The notes beneath the pieces are model-generated. The model was not told where the DNA came from. It searched no databases and saw only the letters and a list, made by a program, of their open reading frames with translations. Below, one piece after another: positions 8,042 to 16,761 of a stretch of DNA of 64,000 bases; position 1 is the first letter of the stretch; each line of letters opens with the position of its first letter. Made by a program: the position numbers and the translations under genes. Source of the stretch: Leptolyngbyaceae cyanobacterium (GTDB taxonomy: Bacteria; Cyanobacteriota; Cyanobacteriia; Phormidesmidales; Phormidesmidaceae); contig CBDHHL010000011.1 in the NCBI GenBank assembly GCA_965263355.1, positions 1 to 64,000 on the forward strand, in the 5' to 3' direction.

Positions 8042-9313
8042 CTAGGCATACTTGTAACCATCCTTACGGTGAACAAATTTGGTGATATAGGACAACTTTG
8101 TCCCTAACCTTTTTCTACCTTTGGGATAGATCTCACAGTCGCCATTAGAGTAAGGGCAGAGTCGCGCTGTCCATTGCCCTTTATTCTTGCCCTTAGGGAT
8201 ATCAACTTGCACAACATCGCCTGTCTGGTAGCCGTGTATAGGTCTCAGTGGTCGATGTTTTATCGGATATCCGTATTTGTCTGTCTGGCATCGTTGCCGC
8301 CCTCCTGCGCCGGTAGCTGTGACCATCAATGGACGATCCGATAAAAACACCAAGTTAGGCGTATCACCCACACAGGCTGCATCAATATCATGGCCCTTAG
8401 GCAGACCAAGGTTGACGCGGTTCATTTTGGTTTGAGCCCCGGTAGCTGTTTTCACAGTGCCATGAATGCTCATTACCTCGACAATTTTGAACCTGGTTGC
8501 ATTGACCGCTGATGTATCTCGTAACGGTTGCTTAGCCTTGCGCTTGATGCTGGCTAGTAAATCAGGCTTACGCTTCAAGAACTGTTCAACAGGTTTATCC
8601 GATTTCCGCTGATTACACTTTTCACAAGCTAAGCAAAGATTAGAGACCCGATTACTGCCACCTTTAGACTTAGGTTGGATGTGCTCAATCTGTAAAGGTA
8701 TATTTTCTTTTTTACAGTAGGTGCATTGTCGGCCCCATTTTTCTAATAAGTACTCACGGACGGTGTAACCCTGTAGTGCGCCTTGCTGATATTCGACTCC
8801 GCTGATGTCTGGATTCTGCATTAATTGAGTATCAAACTTAACTCGCTCAATCCAGATTTCAGCGACCGGGCAAAACTTGATAATTCGCTTTACCCAAGTC
8901 TCAGTAGTCAGCACCCGATGCATTAAAGACGGTGGCAGCCAGCCTTTAGGGCGAGTTCTGTTTAAAAATCTTGGTTGACGATAGCGAAGTCTAGACCGTC
9001 GTTGTCTACGAAGATTACGACGTTGTTCTAGTTTCTTCTTAATCAGCCCACCACGGTGTTGCAGCTGCATCCTCCAAACAACCTCGCCTCTATCTGTGAC
9101 CAGCGCAAAACCAGTTACTTTAGATCCGGGATCGATTTTCAGTATCAGCGGATGAACAAACGCATCTTGAATAGAGCGCTTGAGTATCAGAGTGAACGGA
9201 AAGCGACGAAAGGCAGCCGCTTTACCTTTGCCTAAGAACTCACGCGCTTTTGCCGGATGGACCGGCATTAACGGTGTTTTGTTCTGGTCTATCAGAAAAA
9301 CGTAGTTGCTCAT
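8042..9313 (-). CDS. iscB: IscB RNA-guided endonuclease (OMEGA)
   Basis: PLMP N-terminus, RuvC-I IDPGSK, RRxRR bridge helix, RuvC-II IERVKFD, HNH EHIQPKSKGGSNRVSNLCLACEKCNQRK, RuvC-III HDIDA. Confidence 0.95.
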   Translation of the reverse strand: MSNYVFLIDQNKTPLMPVHPAKAREFLGKGKAAAFRRFPFTLILKRSIQDAFVHPLILKIDPGSKVTGFALVTDRGEVVWRMQLQHRGGLIKKKLEQRRNLRRQRRSRLRYRQPRFLNRTRPKGWLPPSLMHRVLTTETWVKRIIKFCPVAEIWIERVKFDTQLMQNPDISGVEYQQGALQGYTVREYLLEKWGRQCTYCKKENIPLQIEHIQPKSKGGSNRVSNLCLACEKCNQRKSDKPVEQFLKRKPDLLASIKRKAKQPLRDTSAVNATRFKIVEVMSIHGTVKTATGAQTKMNRVNLGLPKGHDIDAACVGDTPNLVFLSDRPLMVTATGAGGRQRCQTDKYGYPIKHRPLRPIHGYQTGDVVQVDIPKGKNKGQWTARLCPYSNGDCEIYPKGRKRLGTKLSYITKFVHRKDGYKYA

Positions 9314-9615
9314 TGTCTTAAAAAGTTGTGGGATCTTCTCCCAAACATTGCTGTAAAGTTTGCCTCGAAAAACTTCAAAACGTTTGTCATGCTTGAGACA
9401 CAGCCTTATATAACTTCGGCTTTTTGTTTAATCTCAAACCACAGTGCATAGAGCTGGCGGTCACTCTAAGGTGTGATGGCGTAATGAAGGTAGTCTGCTT
9501 TGTTACAAGACTTACGACTGATTCTGCACGTTACTCCCCTTATGGGTAGACTTGTCTGGTTTTGACCAGATTTGTCTAGTTATTTAGTAACGGTGTGGTT
9601 AGCAGGGTTATTGAC
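9314..9615 (-). ncRNA. Omega RNA (HEARO-like) of IscB
   Basis: Non-coding 300 nt upstream of iscB with HEARO-like segments GTCAATAACCC, ACACCTTAGAGTG-CCAGCTCTA, TTAAACA and CGAGGCAAACTTTAC; 5' boundary approximate. Confidence 0.8.
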
Positions 9616-9617
9616 GG

Positions 9618-9956
9618 TTAGGCCGGATAAGCTTTTCTCAAAACATTAGCCCAGCTGTAGAGTGTGTCCATATTCATGCAGGCAATCGCCTTGCCGTCAC
9701 CTCTGAAGGTGCCGCCTTGATTCATCATGTCGATGGAATTACCTTTGCGAACAAAGTCGTTAGCCATCTCACGAGCGAACTCAACAGAAGCAGGCTGGAT
9801 GATTTTAACCCGCTTAGCCCATGAGTCCCAACCTTTTTTAAAGTAAGAATCCCTGAGCTGAGTAGCTAATTGTTTAGCTTCTTCAAGGTTGTCAGTTACA
9901 TGATAAACACCTTCAGCGCCTTTTTTTAGAGGGCGATAGATAATGTATGCAGACAT
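9618..9956 (-). CDS. Hypothetical protein
   Basis: 112 aa, AAGGAG SD, downstream of promoter site C. Confidence 0.75.
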   Translation of the reverse strand: MSAYIIYRPLKKGAEGVYHVTDNLEEAKQLATQLRDSYFKKGWDSWAKRVKIIQPASVEFAREMANDFVRKGNSIDMMNQGGTFRGDGKAIACMNMDTLYSWANVLRKAYPA

Positions 9957-10049
9957 CGTGTAGCTCCTTTTTAGTTATACTGCTCAGGCTTTTTCCGGCT
10001 AAGACTCGTTAGAGGGGAGCCGATATGCCCTGCTTGCTTTGTTACTAAC

Positions 10050-10124
10050 AAATATGCCTTTTTTATTTTCAGATGTCAAGTAATTTATTGACTATTTGCA
10101 AAATTAATTTTGCTTTGCTATAGT
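10050..10124. promoter_or_regulatory. Divergent promoters with operator site C
   Basis: TGTCAAG-TAATTT-ATTGACT at 10074-10093; rightward TTGCAA-17-TATAGT overlapping palindrome GCAAAATTAATTTTGC (10098-10113). Confidence 0.65.
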
Positions 10125-10148
10125 CCAGATGTGAATACTAAGATTGAC

Positions 10149-10418
10149 ATGAAATTAAGCGAGTTTATCGAAGCGCTGCCAGACCTTTTGATTAAATGGA
10201 GAGAGGCAGAAGTCCCCGTCAAAGCACAAGCCGCTAGAGCACTGGGGCTAAAGAACAGGCAGGGAATTGACGAGAGGGAGAAGAAACTCCCTAACGCTCA
10301 ACTTGGCTCTATATTGGAGTATGTAAAAATGCTCGAAAAAGAGTCCAATAATAGTCCAGGGGTAATCATATTGCCAATAAGAAGCTTGACAGAAAAGGAC
10401 TCTGGCGATGTTGATTAG
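10149..10418 (+). CDS. Putative HTH transcriptional regulator (Cro/repressor-like)
   Basis: KAQAARALGLKNRQGIDERE helix-turn-helix-like segment; first gene of the divergent unit. Confidence 0.5.
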   Translation: MKLSEFIEALPDLLIKWREAEVPVKAQAARALGLKNRQGIDEREKKLPNAQLGSILEYVKMLEKESNNSPGVIILPIRSLTEKDSGDVD

Positions 10419-10472
10419 TTGCCCTGGACGCAACTAGTCAAGAAAAGAAAAATACTTAGGAGAAAAACAACG

Positions 10473-10763
10473 ATGAAAAGAAAATTCTACGTATTTAATG
10501 ACCAGGAAGCCGTTACAGAGCATTGTAAAGCCGTAAAAACACTCAGTGATTTACAGCAGCTTAAATACGATATCGAGTCGGCAAACTGCAACCTGACAGC
10601 CTTTCTCGATGGCAACACAGGGGTTTATGCAGTGGAGCACTACGGCCATGTGTCGACTAGGTGGGTGTTTTTGACTCAAAAGGCTTATCAAAAACTTGGC
10701 GGTTTCCTGACTGACCATGAAAAAGAGCAATTAAGCGGATACACCGTCTTAGACGCATATTAA
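10473..10763 (+). CDS. Hypothetical protein
   Basis: AGGAG SD before ATG 10473. Confidence 0.65.
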   Translation: MKRKFYVFNDQEAVTEHCKAVKTLSDLQQLKYDIESANCNLTAFLDGNTGVYAVEHYGHVSTRWVFLTQKAYQKLGGFLTDHEKEQLSGYTVLDAY

Positions 10764-10792
10764 GCAGAAAAAATAGCAACAAAGAATAAGCC

Positions 10793-11038
10793 ATGGAAGA
10801 TAAAACCACAAAAGACATGATCATAGATGCGGTTTACGACAACCAAACACTCGCTTTATATACCAACAACGGCTCAGTCATCTCCATCGGGGGTATTGAT
10901 TTGACTGAAGATCAAAGGAAAGAAGTAGAACAAATCCCTGGTAGCGTTATTGATGAATTTGTTAACACAGGCAATTTCTTTAAGCTGGTCTACACGACAA
11001 CTACAGGGAAAGAAAAGTTTTTAAGCTGTAACTACTGA
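10793..11038 (+). CDS. Hypothetical protein
   Basis: 81 aa, part of a coupled operon. Confidence 0.6.
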   Translation: MEDKTTKDMIIDAVYDNQTLALYTNNGSVISIGGIDLTEDQRKEVEQIPGSVIDEFVNTGNFFKLVYTTTTGKEKFLSCNY

Positions 11039-11313
11039 TGGCAATTCCAACTGAAATCACAAGGGCAATTCAAGCATACGCATCTACCCAGCATGAATAT
11101 CCTAAGCAACTAATCTTAGGCTATCGAACTTATTCAGCCCTCAGATTGGAGATAGCTAACTCGATTAATTACACTATCGAAGATATCGAGCTGCAATCAT
11201 TCGAGAGCATACCCATTGTGGTCGACCCTGAGATTCCTGATCGTGCGATCGCGACCGCTGGGCAACCACATATAGTTATGGAGCAAATGAACAATGAACC
11301 AACTACACCCTAG
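11038..11313 (+). CDS. Hypothetical protein
   Basis: TGATG overlap with upstream gene. Confidence 0.65.
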   Translation: MAIPTEITRAIQAYASTQHEYPKQLILGYRTYSALRLEIANSINYTIEDIELQSFESIPIVVDPEIPDRAIATAGQPHIVMEQMNNEPTTP

Positions 11314-11569
11314 TATCTTGCGCCAAGGGCAAATAATCACCTTGCGAATGGCAAGCCTAGACGACCCAGTCAACTACTCTGACAGACGGGTAAAATTTTC
11401 AGGCGATAGCACTTTTAACAATCCAGTAGACGAACACGGCATTCCTAGTTGCTGGCATCTTAATTTCAGTGCCAACCAACTGGGTGCGCGATATGCAGGG
11501 TATGAGTTCACACTGTGGGAATGCCGAGATCGCTCAACGCCAAAGAATGGATGGAGTTATGAGCAATGA
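11294..11569 (+). CDS. Hypothetical protein
   Basis: 91 aa overlapping upstream gene. Confidence 0.55.
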   Translation: MNQLHPSILRQGQIITLRMASLDDPVNYSDRRVKFSGDSTFNNPVDEHGIPSCWHLNFSANQLGARYAGYEFTLWECRDRSTPKNGWSYEQ

Positions 11570-11697
11570 AAATAAACCAAGGATGCCCTGCTAGTATCGC
11601 GATCGCAAGGCAAAAAACACAGAAAGCCAGCTAGATAAGCGCCGTCGACCGTATAAGCCAAGCCAGGGAATCTTTTTACCTTGAAAAACCTCAAAAA

Positions 11698-11732
11698 CCG
11701 TCGGGCCTAAAAGCTTGGCGGTTTGTCTTTTT
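11698..11732 (+). terminator. Intrinsic terminator, copy 1
   Basis: CCGTCGGGCCTAAAAGCTTGGCGG hairpin plus T-rich tail. Confidence 0.6.
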
Positions 11733-11805
11733 ATCCGTACATATATACACACACAATTAATTAAGTGTGTGCTAAATTAAAAGAGTAGTTGATTGAAAAA
11801 GCAAT

Positions 11806-12072
11806 ATGAACGGGACTGAAAAGCAAGTGCAATGGGCTACTAAGATAAAAAAAGATGCGTTAGAAAAAGTCGCCAAATATTTTTCTAGAGGCGAAATCTC
11901 TAAAGAGCAACATCAAGCTTTGATTGATACTGCTGAATCGAAGGATGCAAGCTGGTGGATCGATCATCGGCTTGAATTTCGAAATTCTATGATCGCATCC
12001 GCTACCTTAGCGGATGCCACCAAAGGATATGGCAAGCTTCCTAAAGGCAAAAAAGCAAACCCATTCTTTTAA
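11806..12072 (+). CDS. Small phage protein
   Basis: GTEKQVQWA...ASWWIDHR motif familiar from phage proteins. Confidence 0.75.
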   Translation: MNGTEKQVQWATKIKKDALEKVAKYFSRGEISKEQHQALIDTAESKDASWWIDHRLEFRNSMIASATLADATKGYGKLPKGKKANPFF

Positions 12073-12249
12073 CCATGAAAAAAAAGACCAAGAAGTGCCC
12101 ATTTTGCTCAGGGGCCATGACAGCAAACGATGAGTATTACTATGGTTGCTGTCGGGAATGTGAAGACAAAGGCAACTCAGTTAACCTGATTGACGAAAAA
12201 GGCACCAACAACTGAGCCAGCTCACAATTTGAAGTGCAATTTTAATTAT

Positions 12250-12426
12250 ATGACCACAAATCCCCGCAACGCCGGAGCAAAGCCATTGGGTGACGAGCCC
12301 AGGCAACGAACTAACATCATGTTAGACGCAGGGCTAAAGGCTGAGGCGGCAGACAAGGCAGCCGATCTGGGATTAAGCCTAAGCCAACTTATTAATGACG
12401 CGATCGCTGCCTACCTATCGCACTAA
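12250..12426 (+). CDS. Ribbon-helix-helix (CopG-like) protein
   Basis: RQRTNIMLDAGLKAEAADKAADLGLSLSQLINDAI. Confidence 0.7.
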   Translation: MTTNPRNAGAKPLGDEPRQRTNIMLDAGLKAEAADKAADLGLSLSQLINDAIAAYLSH

Positions 12427-12449
12427 AAACCAACTGAATCAATCCACTG

Positions 12450-12479
12450 CCGTCGAGCCTAAAAGCTTGACGGTTTTTT
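12450..12479 (+). terminator. Intrinsic terminator, copy 2
   Basis: CCGTCGAGCCTAAAAGCTTGACGG plus TTTTTT. Confidence 0.7.
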
Positions 12480-12500
12480 AGTGGCCATTTTTGCCGCCTT

Positions 12501-13303
12501 CCCCTTCCCCCTTTCTAGAACGACGAGTAAGGGCGGTGTGTGCCAGTTATTTTAATGCATATAAGCGCTTATCTGTCAAATTTTAGCAAACTGTATCATG
12601 GTTGTTACAGAATGAAGGGGGTAAAACGCTAAAAGTACTGCTAATAAAGGATTCTTATTTTGATAAGTCCTAGACTCAGGCATGTACATTGATGTACATA
12701 TCGTTTGTATCATGGGTGTTACAGAATCCAACTTACGGACATAGGACTGGCACACTATTTTTTTCAAACGGTATAATCTGATACAAAATAGGCAAAGCGC
12801 TGAAAGTACTGAAAACTCGTTAGTGGTGAATAAAAGTCATTCAAAAAATCACTGGGTTTCCCCTACTAATCCCCTGCTTTTCAATAGTTATTTCATAGTT
12901 ATTTCAAGCGCTTTTTGTCGGCTGTATCCCTTGCTATATATACATTATAGCGTTTTCTATATCTTAATATTCTATATTTTTCAATTTCAAACTTTCTGTT
13001 TTAGAAAAAAATGGAGAGTAAAAATGGATAATTATAAAAAAGTGGCACAGTGCATATAAAGATTTTCAAGCCAAATTTTCAAAGTAAAAAATAGTTTTCA
13101 GAGCCCAAAAAAGCCCTTTTTCGGCCTATCCCTTATATATCAATAGATGCAGCGATTCTAGGTTGTGCATTTACAATGTATTTCTTGATTTTTTTTGTGA
13201 ATAAACTGAACTTGATTACTCGAATTAGGGGTAGTCAATTACGGACGTTCGTTTTTAGCCCTCGTTCTGTTTGTGAAGGGGGAAGGGGGAGAGTGTGCCA
13301 GTT
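12501..13303. repeat. AT-rich non-coding tract with direct and inverted repeats (origin or genome-end candidate)
   Basis: Inverted CCCCTTCCCCCTT at 12501/13276; 22-bp direct repeat at 12592/12706; GTGTGCCAGT three times. Confidence 0.55.
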
Positions 13304-13403
13304 CGCGAGTTTAGCCTTAGGTTTACCGGTAGTTTTCGCGATGTTATGCCTTGGCCAGTGAGTGCGATCGCACTCTAAGCCATAATCAAACTGCCTCAGA
13401 AAA

Positions 13404-13450
13404 TGTCAAGAAAAGACTTGACAACTGAAATAAAAAAAAGCAATACTGTT
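13404..13450 (+). promoter_or_regulatory. Promoter/operator site D
   Basis: TGTCAAG-AAAAGA-CTTGACA at 13404-13423; downstream sequence resembles site C. Confidence 0.7.
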
Positions 13451-13474
13451 AGCAACACCGATTGAGGCAAGCAA

Positions 13475-13648
13475 ATGACATTCGATACAATCCTTTCCGT
13501 CTTGAGCAACGCAATTCAGTCCGGCGCACAGCCCACTCAGCGCAGCCTAGAACTAATGGCCCAGCACATTGCAAACGCCCAGCTAGACGACGACCAAAGA
13601 GACCACCTTGAGGCGATGCTGGAGCAACTGGTTTTCAATCCTGAGTGA
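13475..13648 (+). CDS. 57-aa hypothetical protein in its own transcription unit
   Basis: GAGG SD; MTFDTILSVLSNAIQSG...FNPE*; lies between promoter D and a terminator. Confidence 0.65.
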   Translation: MTFDTILSVLSNAIQSGAQPTQRSLELMAQHIANAQLDDDQRDHLEAMLEQLVFNPE

Positions 13649-13696
13649 TAATGACCAGCGGCTGTCGCTCGCAATCCATCCCAGTAAACTAACGCT

Positions 13697-13718
13697 AGGG
13701 GCTTCGGCCCCTTTTTTT
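13697..13718 (+). terminator. Intrinsic terminator
   Basis: GGGGC-TTCG-GCCCC followed by TTTTTTT. Confidence 0.8.
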
Positions 13719-14286
13719 ATCGAATATCGAGTCCTAACTCTCTTAACTGCTTAGGTGTGCTGGAACTAGCCTTGAGCGCTGCTGCACGGTCAGCATTGCT
13801 AGCTCCTGACCACATTTTATTTAACTTATATTTGCCTACCTCGTAGGCCTGCTTAGCAGTTGCTACAGATAGAGATCCGATACTTTCTCCACGACCACGG
13901 GCAATATCATTTTTAAGATTGTTAGCGAAGGTCAGAGTAGCCAGAAATCCACCACCGGATGTATCGACCATTTGCGATCGCGTTGGCTTGGCATAGCTAG
14001 AATCCCAATCCATGCGGGCCATGGTGCCGTCGTTGTCAAATACACGCAAGTTTTGAGCTGAGACTATCTCGCTCATGGTTGTTGCGGCTGCATCGTTGGG
14101 TAGAGCAGAGGTTAGGGTTATTTCTGCATTAGCGGCAATTGGTTCTAATTTTTTTTCGGATTCAGCAGCTAAGAAAGTTGAGTCAGAAATGCTTCCACCA
14201 GCGGCTTTATCCCTGGCAGCAGCGGCTTGCCTTGCCTTATAGATGCCGCCATTGCCAGTTTGACTTACAAATATTGCTGACTCCAT
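13717..14286 (-). CDS. Hypothetical protein, last gene of ParB/radical SAM operon
   Basis: 189 aa A/S/K-rich; overlaps radical SAM stop. Confidence 0.6.
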   Translation of the reverse strand: MESAIFVSQTGNGGIYKARQAAAARDKAAGGSISDSTFLAAESEKKLEPIAANAEITLTSALPNDAAATTMSEIVSAQNLRVFDNDGTMARMDWDSSYAKPTRSQMVDTSGGGFLATLTFANNLKNDIARGRGESIGSLSVATAKQAYEVGKYKLNKMWSGASNADRAAALKASSSTPKQLRELGLDIR

Positions 14287-15548
14287 AATCCGTTTGCCTC
14301 AGGATTAAACACTAATATAGGATGCCCGTCTTTGTCCGTCCAACGAGACCAGCCCTTAGTCCCGTCAGACTGCCGTTCATAATCGCCAGCCCACTGGAAG
14401 CAGCCAACGTTAGCAGGGCACAGGACAGAATCTAACCAATCCCATATTAAGCCCAGTAATTCTCGATACGTCATTTGATTAGTAATTCCCAAGTCGCGAG
14501 TCTTAGACCAAAATCCAGGGCCAGCCACGGCACCAATATGTTGCCCAATCGGCCATACGCCCTCAGGAAGGCTAGGCAGCATCAGGTCTAACCAAGCCTC
14601 AAAATAAATAAGATCACCAGGTTCATGGGAATCATGACACCAATTGACGAACTCCTGCATCATTGGATATCGAGTGGGATAAGTTTCTATATAAGGCTTA
14701 AAGTACTCTGTTCGTTGCGGCTGTTGATTATCGTAAACAGCCAATCCGATCTCGTCGGCTTTAGTTCTAAGGGCTGATAACGTCTCAGCGATCGCAGGAT
14801 AATTTTTATGATTCCTTGGCAGTGCCATATCAAGGATCTCATCCCCCAACCGCTTTTTGTCAGCTACAGACATTTTTGCAATTTGCTTGTGGCTTAGGTG
14901 TAAGGGCTGAATCCACATGCCCTCAACACCGATGCTGTGCAGCGTTGTGACCATCAGTTCAGGGTCAGGCAACCATTGAGGCACGACTGGATTAACGCCA
15001 ACACAAACACGATGGCCATGGGCGATTAGTGTTTCAATCATCTCTAGCCGTAACGATGGCCTAGGCGCGCCAGGTGCAGATACTTTCTTGCCGATGTCAT
15101 CGTCTAGCGTCTCTAGTGACACATAAAAGACCGTGGGCTTAATCAGGTCCAGCGCTGAGCAGTGATATTTGTTTGGTTTTTTGAGCAGCCCATGGCCCCC
15201 TTTAGTTTGAAGGGAGCAGGGGACATCCAATTCTGATAGTGTCTCTAAGATTCGTAGGCTTAGCTCGTAGTTATTGCCTGCAAATGGGTCTATGTGATTA
15301 CTAAATTGGATTGGATATCCAGACCGTAGTAAATGTTTTTCTAGGGTTAGTTTGCCAGGGGAAAAAGCATTTTTGAGTAGGCCGAATATCTGGCTAGTGT
15401 TAGCGACGCGATCGGGTTTATTCAGGTTGGCAAAGCAGAATGGGCAATGGTGACTGCACACATTCAGACTTAGCTCTAGCGGGCATGGGGCGTTTAGTAA
15501 AAAGCCTCCATAGTATGTGGTTAGTGATTGTCTTTCCACTGCCGCCAC
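14265..15548 (-). CDS. Radical SAM protein (SplB-like)
   Basis: CSHHCPFC = CxxxCxxC; SNHIDPF, LQTKG and RLEMIETL segments. Confidence 0.85.
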   Translation of the reverse strand: MAAVERQSLTTYYGGFLLNAPCPLELSLNVCSHHCPFCFANLNKPDRVANTSQIFGLLKNAFSPGKLTLEKHLLRSGYPIQFSNHIDPFAGNNYELSLRILETLSELDVPCSLQTKGGHGLLKKPNKYHCSALDLIKPTVFYVSLETLDDDIGKKVSAPGAPRPSLRLEMIETLIAHGHRVCVGVNPVVPQWLPDPELMVTTLHSIGVEGMWIQPLHLSHKQIAKMSVADKKRLGDEILDMALPRNHKNYPAIAETLSALRTKADEIGLAVYDNQQPQRTEYFKPYIETYPTRYPMMQEFVNWCHDSHEPGDLIYFEAWLDLMLPSLPEGVWPIGQHIGAVAGPGFWSKTRDLGITNQMTYRELLGLIWDWLDSVLCPANVGCFQWAGDYERQSDGTKGWSRWTDKDGHPILVFNPEANGLWSQQYL

Positions 15549-16162
15549 ATCTCCTTAAATGCCTTCCCATCCGTAGCATATCCCAATCTTTCTTTATCCA
15601 AATTCCATTCAAACGCTTCATCCTGAGTCAATACGATCGCTAATGGCACTTTATCGCTATCGCCTAATGGCGGCATTTGCTCAAGCTCGAGGTTTTGCTG
15701 GGGTTCGGCGAGATCGCTGTCGGTGGGTTCTTCTATTAATTCGTCTAAGTCTTCATCATTGAACCGTGAAATTAAATCACTAATTTCTTGCTCATCGTAA
15801 CCAGTGTATATGTCTTCATCAATAGCTGAGATTGCCTCTAGCTCATTGATTAACGCCTCTAGTTCATAGCCTGAGTCTTGGGTTTTGTTATCAAGCAATC
15901 TAGCGGCTTTTATAGCGATATCGCCTGACAGTGACGACACATAGCAAGGTAGTTTGGGCATTCCAAGCATAAGGCCAGCTAACCGTCTGCCATGGCCTTT
16001 AACGATTAGAAACTTATCGCCATCAGGGACAACGACCAGCGGCACATCGAAGCCCGTTTGTTCAATAGAACGAGCAATTGATTTGACCTGCCAATCTGGG
16101 TGAAGCTTGGCGTTATTTTCGTAGGGGATGAGCAGATCAATATCAATATCTTGAATTTCCAT
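15521..16162 (-). CDS. ParB N-terminal (ParB/Srx) domain protein
   Basis: LIPYENNAKLH...SIEQTGFDVPLVV...IVKGHGRRLA...RLLDNK. Confidence 0.9.
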   Translation of the reverse strand: MEIQDIDIDLLIPYENNAKLHPDWQVKSIARSIEQTGFDVPLVVVPDGDKFLIVKGHGRRLAGLMLGMPKLPCYVSSLSGDIAIKAARLLDNKTQDSGYELEALINELEAISAIDEDIYTGYDEQEISDLISRFNDEDLDELIEEPTDSDLAEPQQNLELEQMPPLGDSDKVPLAIVLTQDEAFEWNLDKERLGYATDGKAFKEMWRQWKDNH

Positions 16163-16242
16163 CAGTAGGCAGGTTGTTTTATTGCTACTAATATAGTAGG
16201 AAAGTACCTCGGTACTTTTGTTGTACTTTCAGGTACTTTGCT

Positions 16243-16761
16243 GTGGGCGGACGGGCTGTAGACTGGGATTATTGGCGTAAAGAGTATGTTCAGGGGGGGT
16301 TTGATGTTACCCTGAGGAGTTTATCTGAACGTTCAAATTCACCAGCGTTGCAGACACTTAAGAATAGATCGGCAGAGGAGGACTGGGACGACCAGCGAAA
16401 GCGATATAGACGGGAATTAGGGAATTTAGGCGCTTATGACTTTGGCAAACAAGAGATAAAGCCAGAAGTAGCGCATGTCATCGATCAAACGAATAAGATT
16501 ATCGATGCGGCTGAAATGCTAACCCAGCACAATAAGTTAGCTAAGGCGTTGATTGCTGTTGGAGCTGCGAGTATAGCGGAATTAAAGAAGAATGATTATG
16601 AAAAAGCTAAAAAGATGAAGCCGAATGAGGCGATTAACTTTATTTTGAAAGGGATCGATATTCAGCGTACGACCGAAGGGTTAGCTACCAGTAAGACAGA
16701 GATTGATTTTGTAAATATGTCTGATACGGATTTGGACGCATTTATTAATGGTGACGCTTAG
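16243..16761 (+). CDS. Terminase small subunit
   Basis: N-terminal HTH-like DWDYWRKEYV...LRSLSER; overlaps terL. Confidence 0.75.
   Translation: MGGRAVDWDYWRKEYVQGGFDVTLRSLSERSNSPALQTLKNRSAEEDWDDQRKRYRRELGNLGAYDFGKQEIKPEVAHVIDQTNKIIDAAEMLTQHNKLAKALIAVGAASIAELKKNDYEKAKKMKPNEAINFILKGIDIQRTTEGLATSKTEIDFVNMSDTDLDAFINGDA

Noticed and set aside
12576..13361. Short ORFs in the AT-rich tract
   Set aside because: No SD, low-complexity F/I/Y-rich translations, overlap repeat motifs
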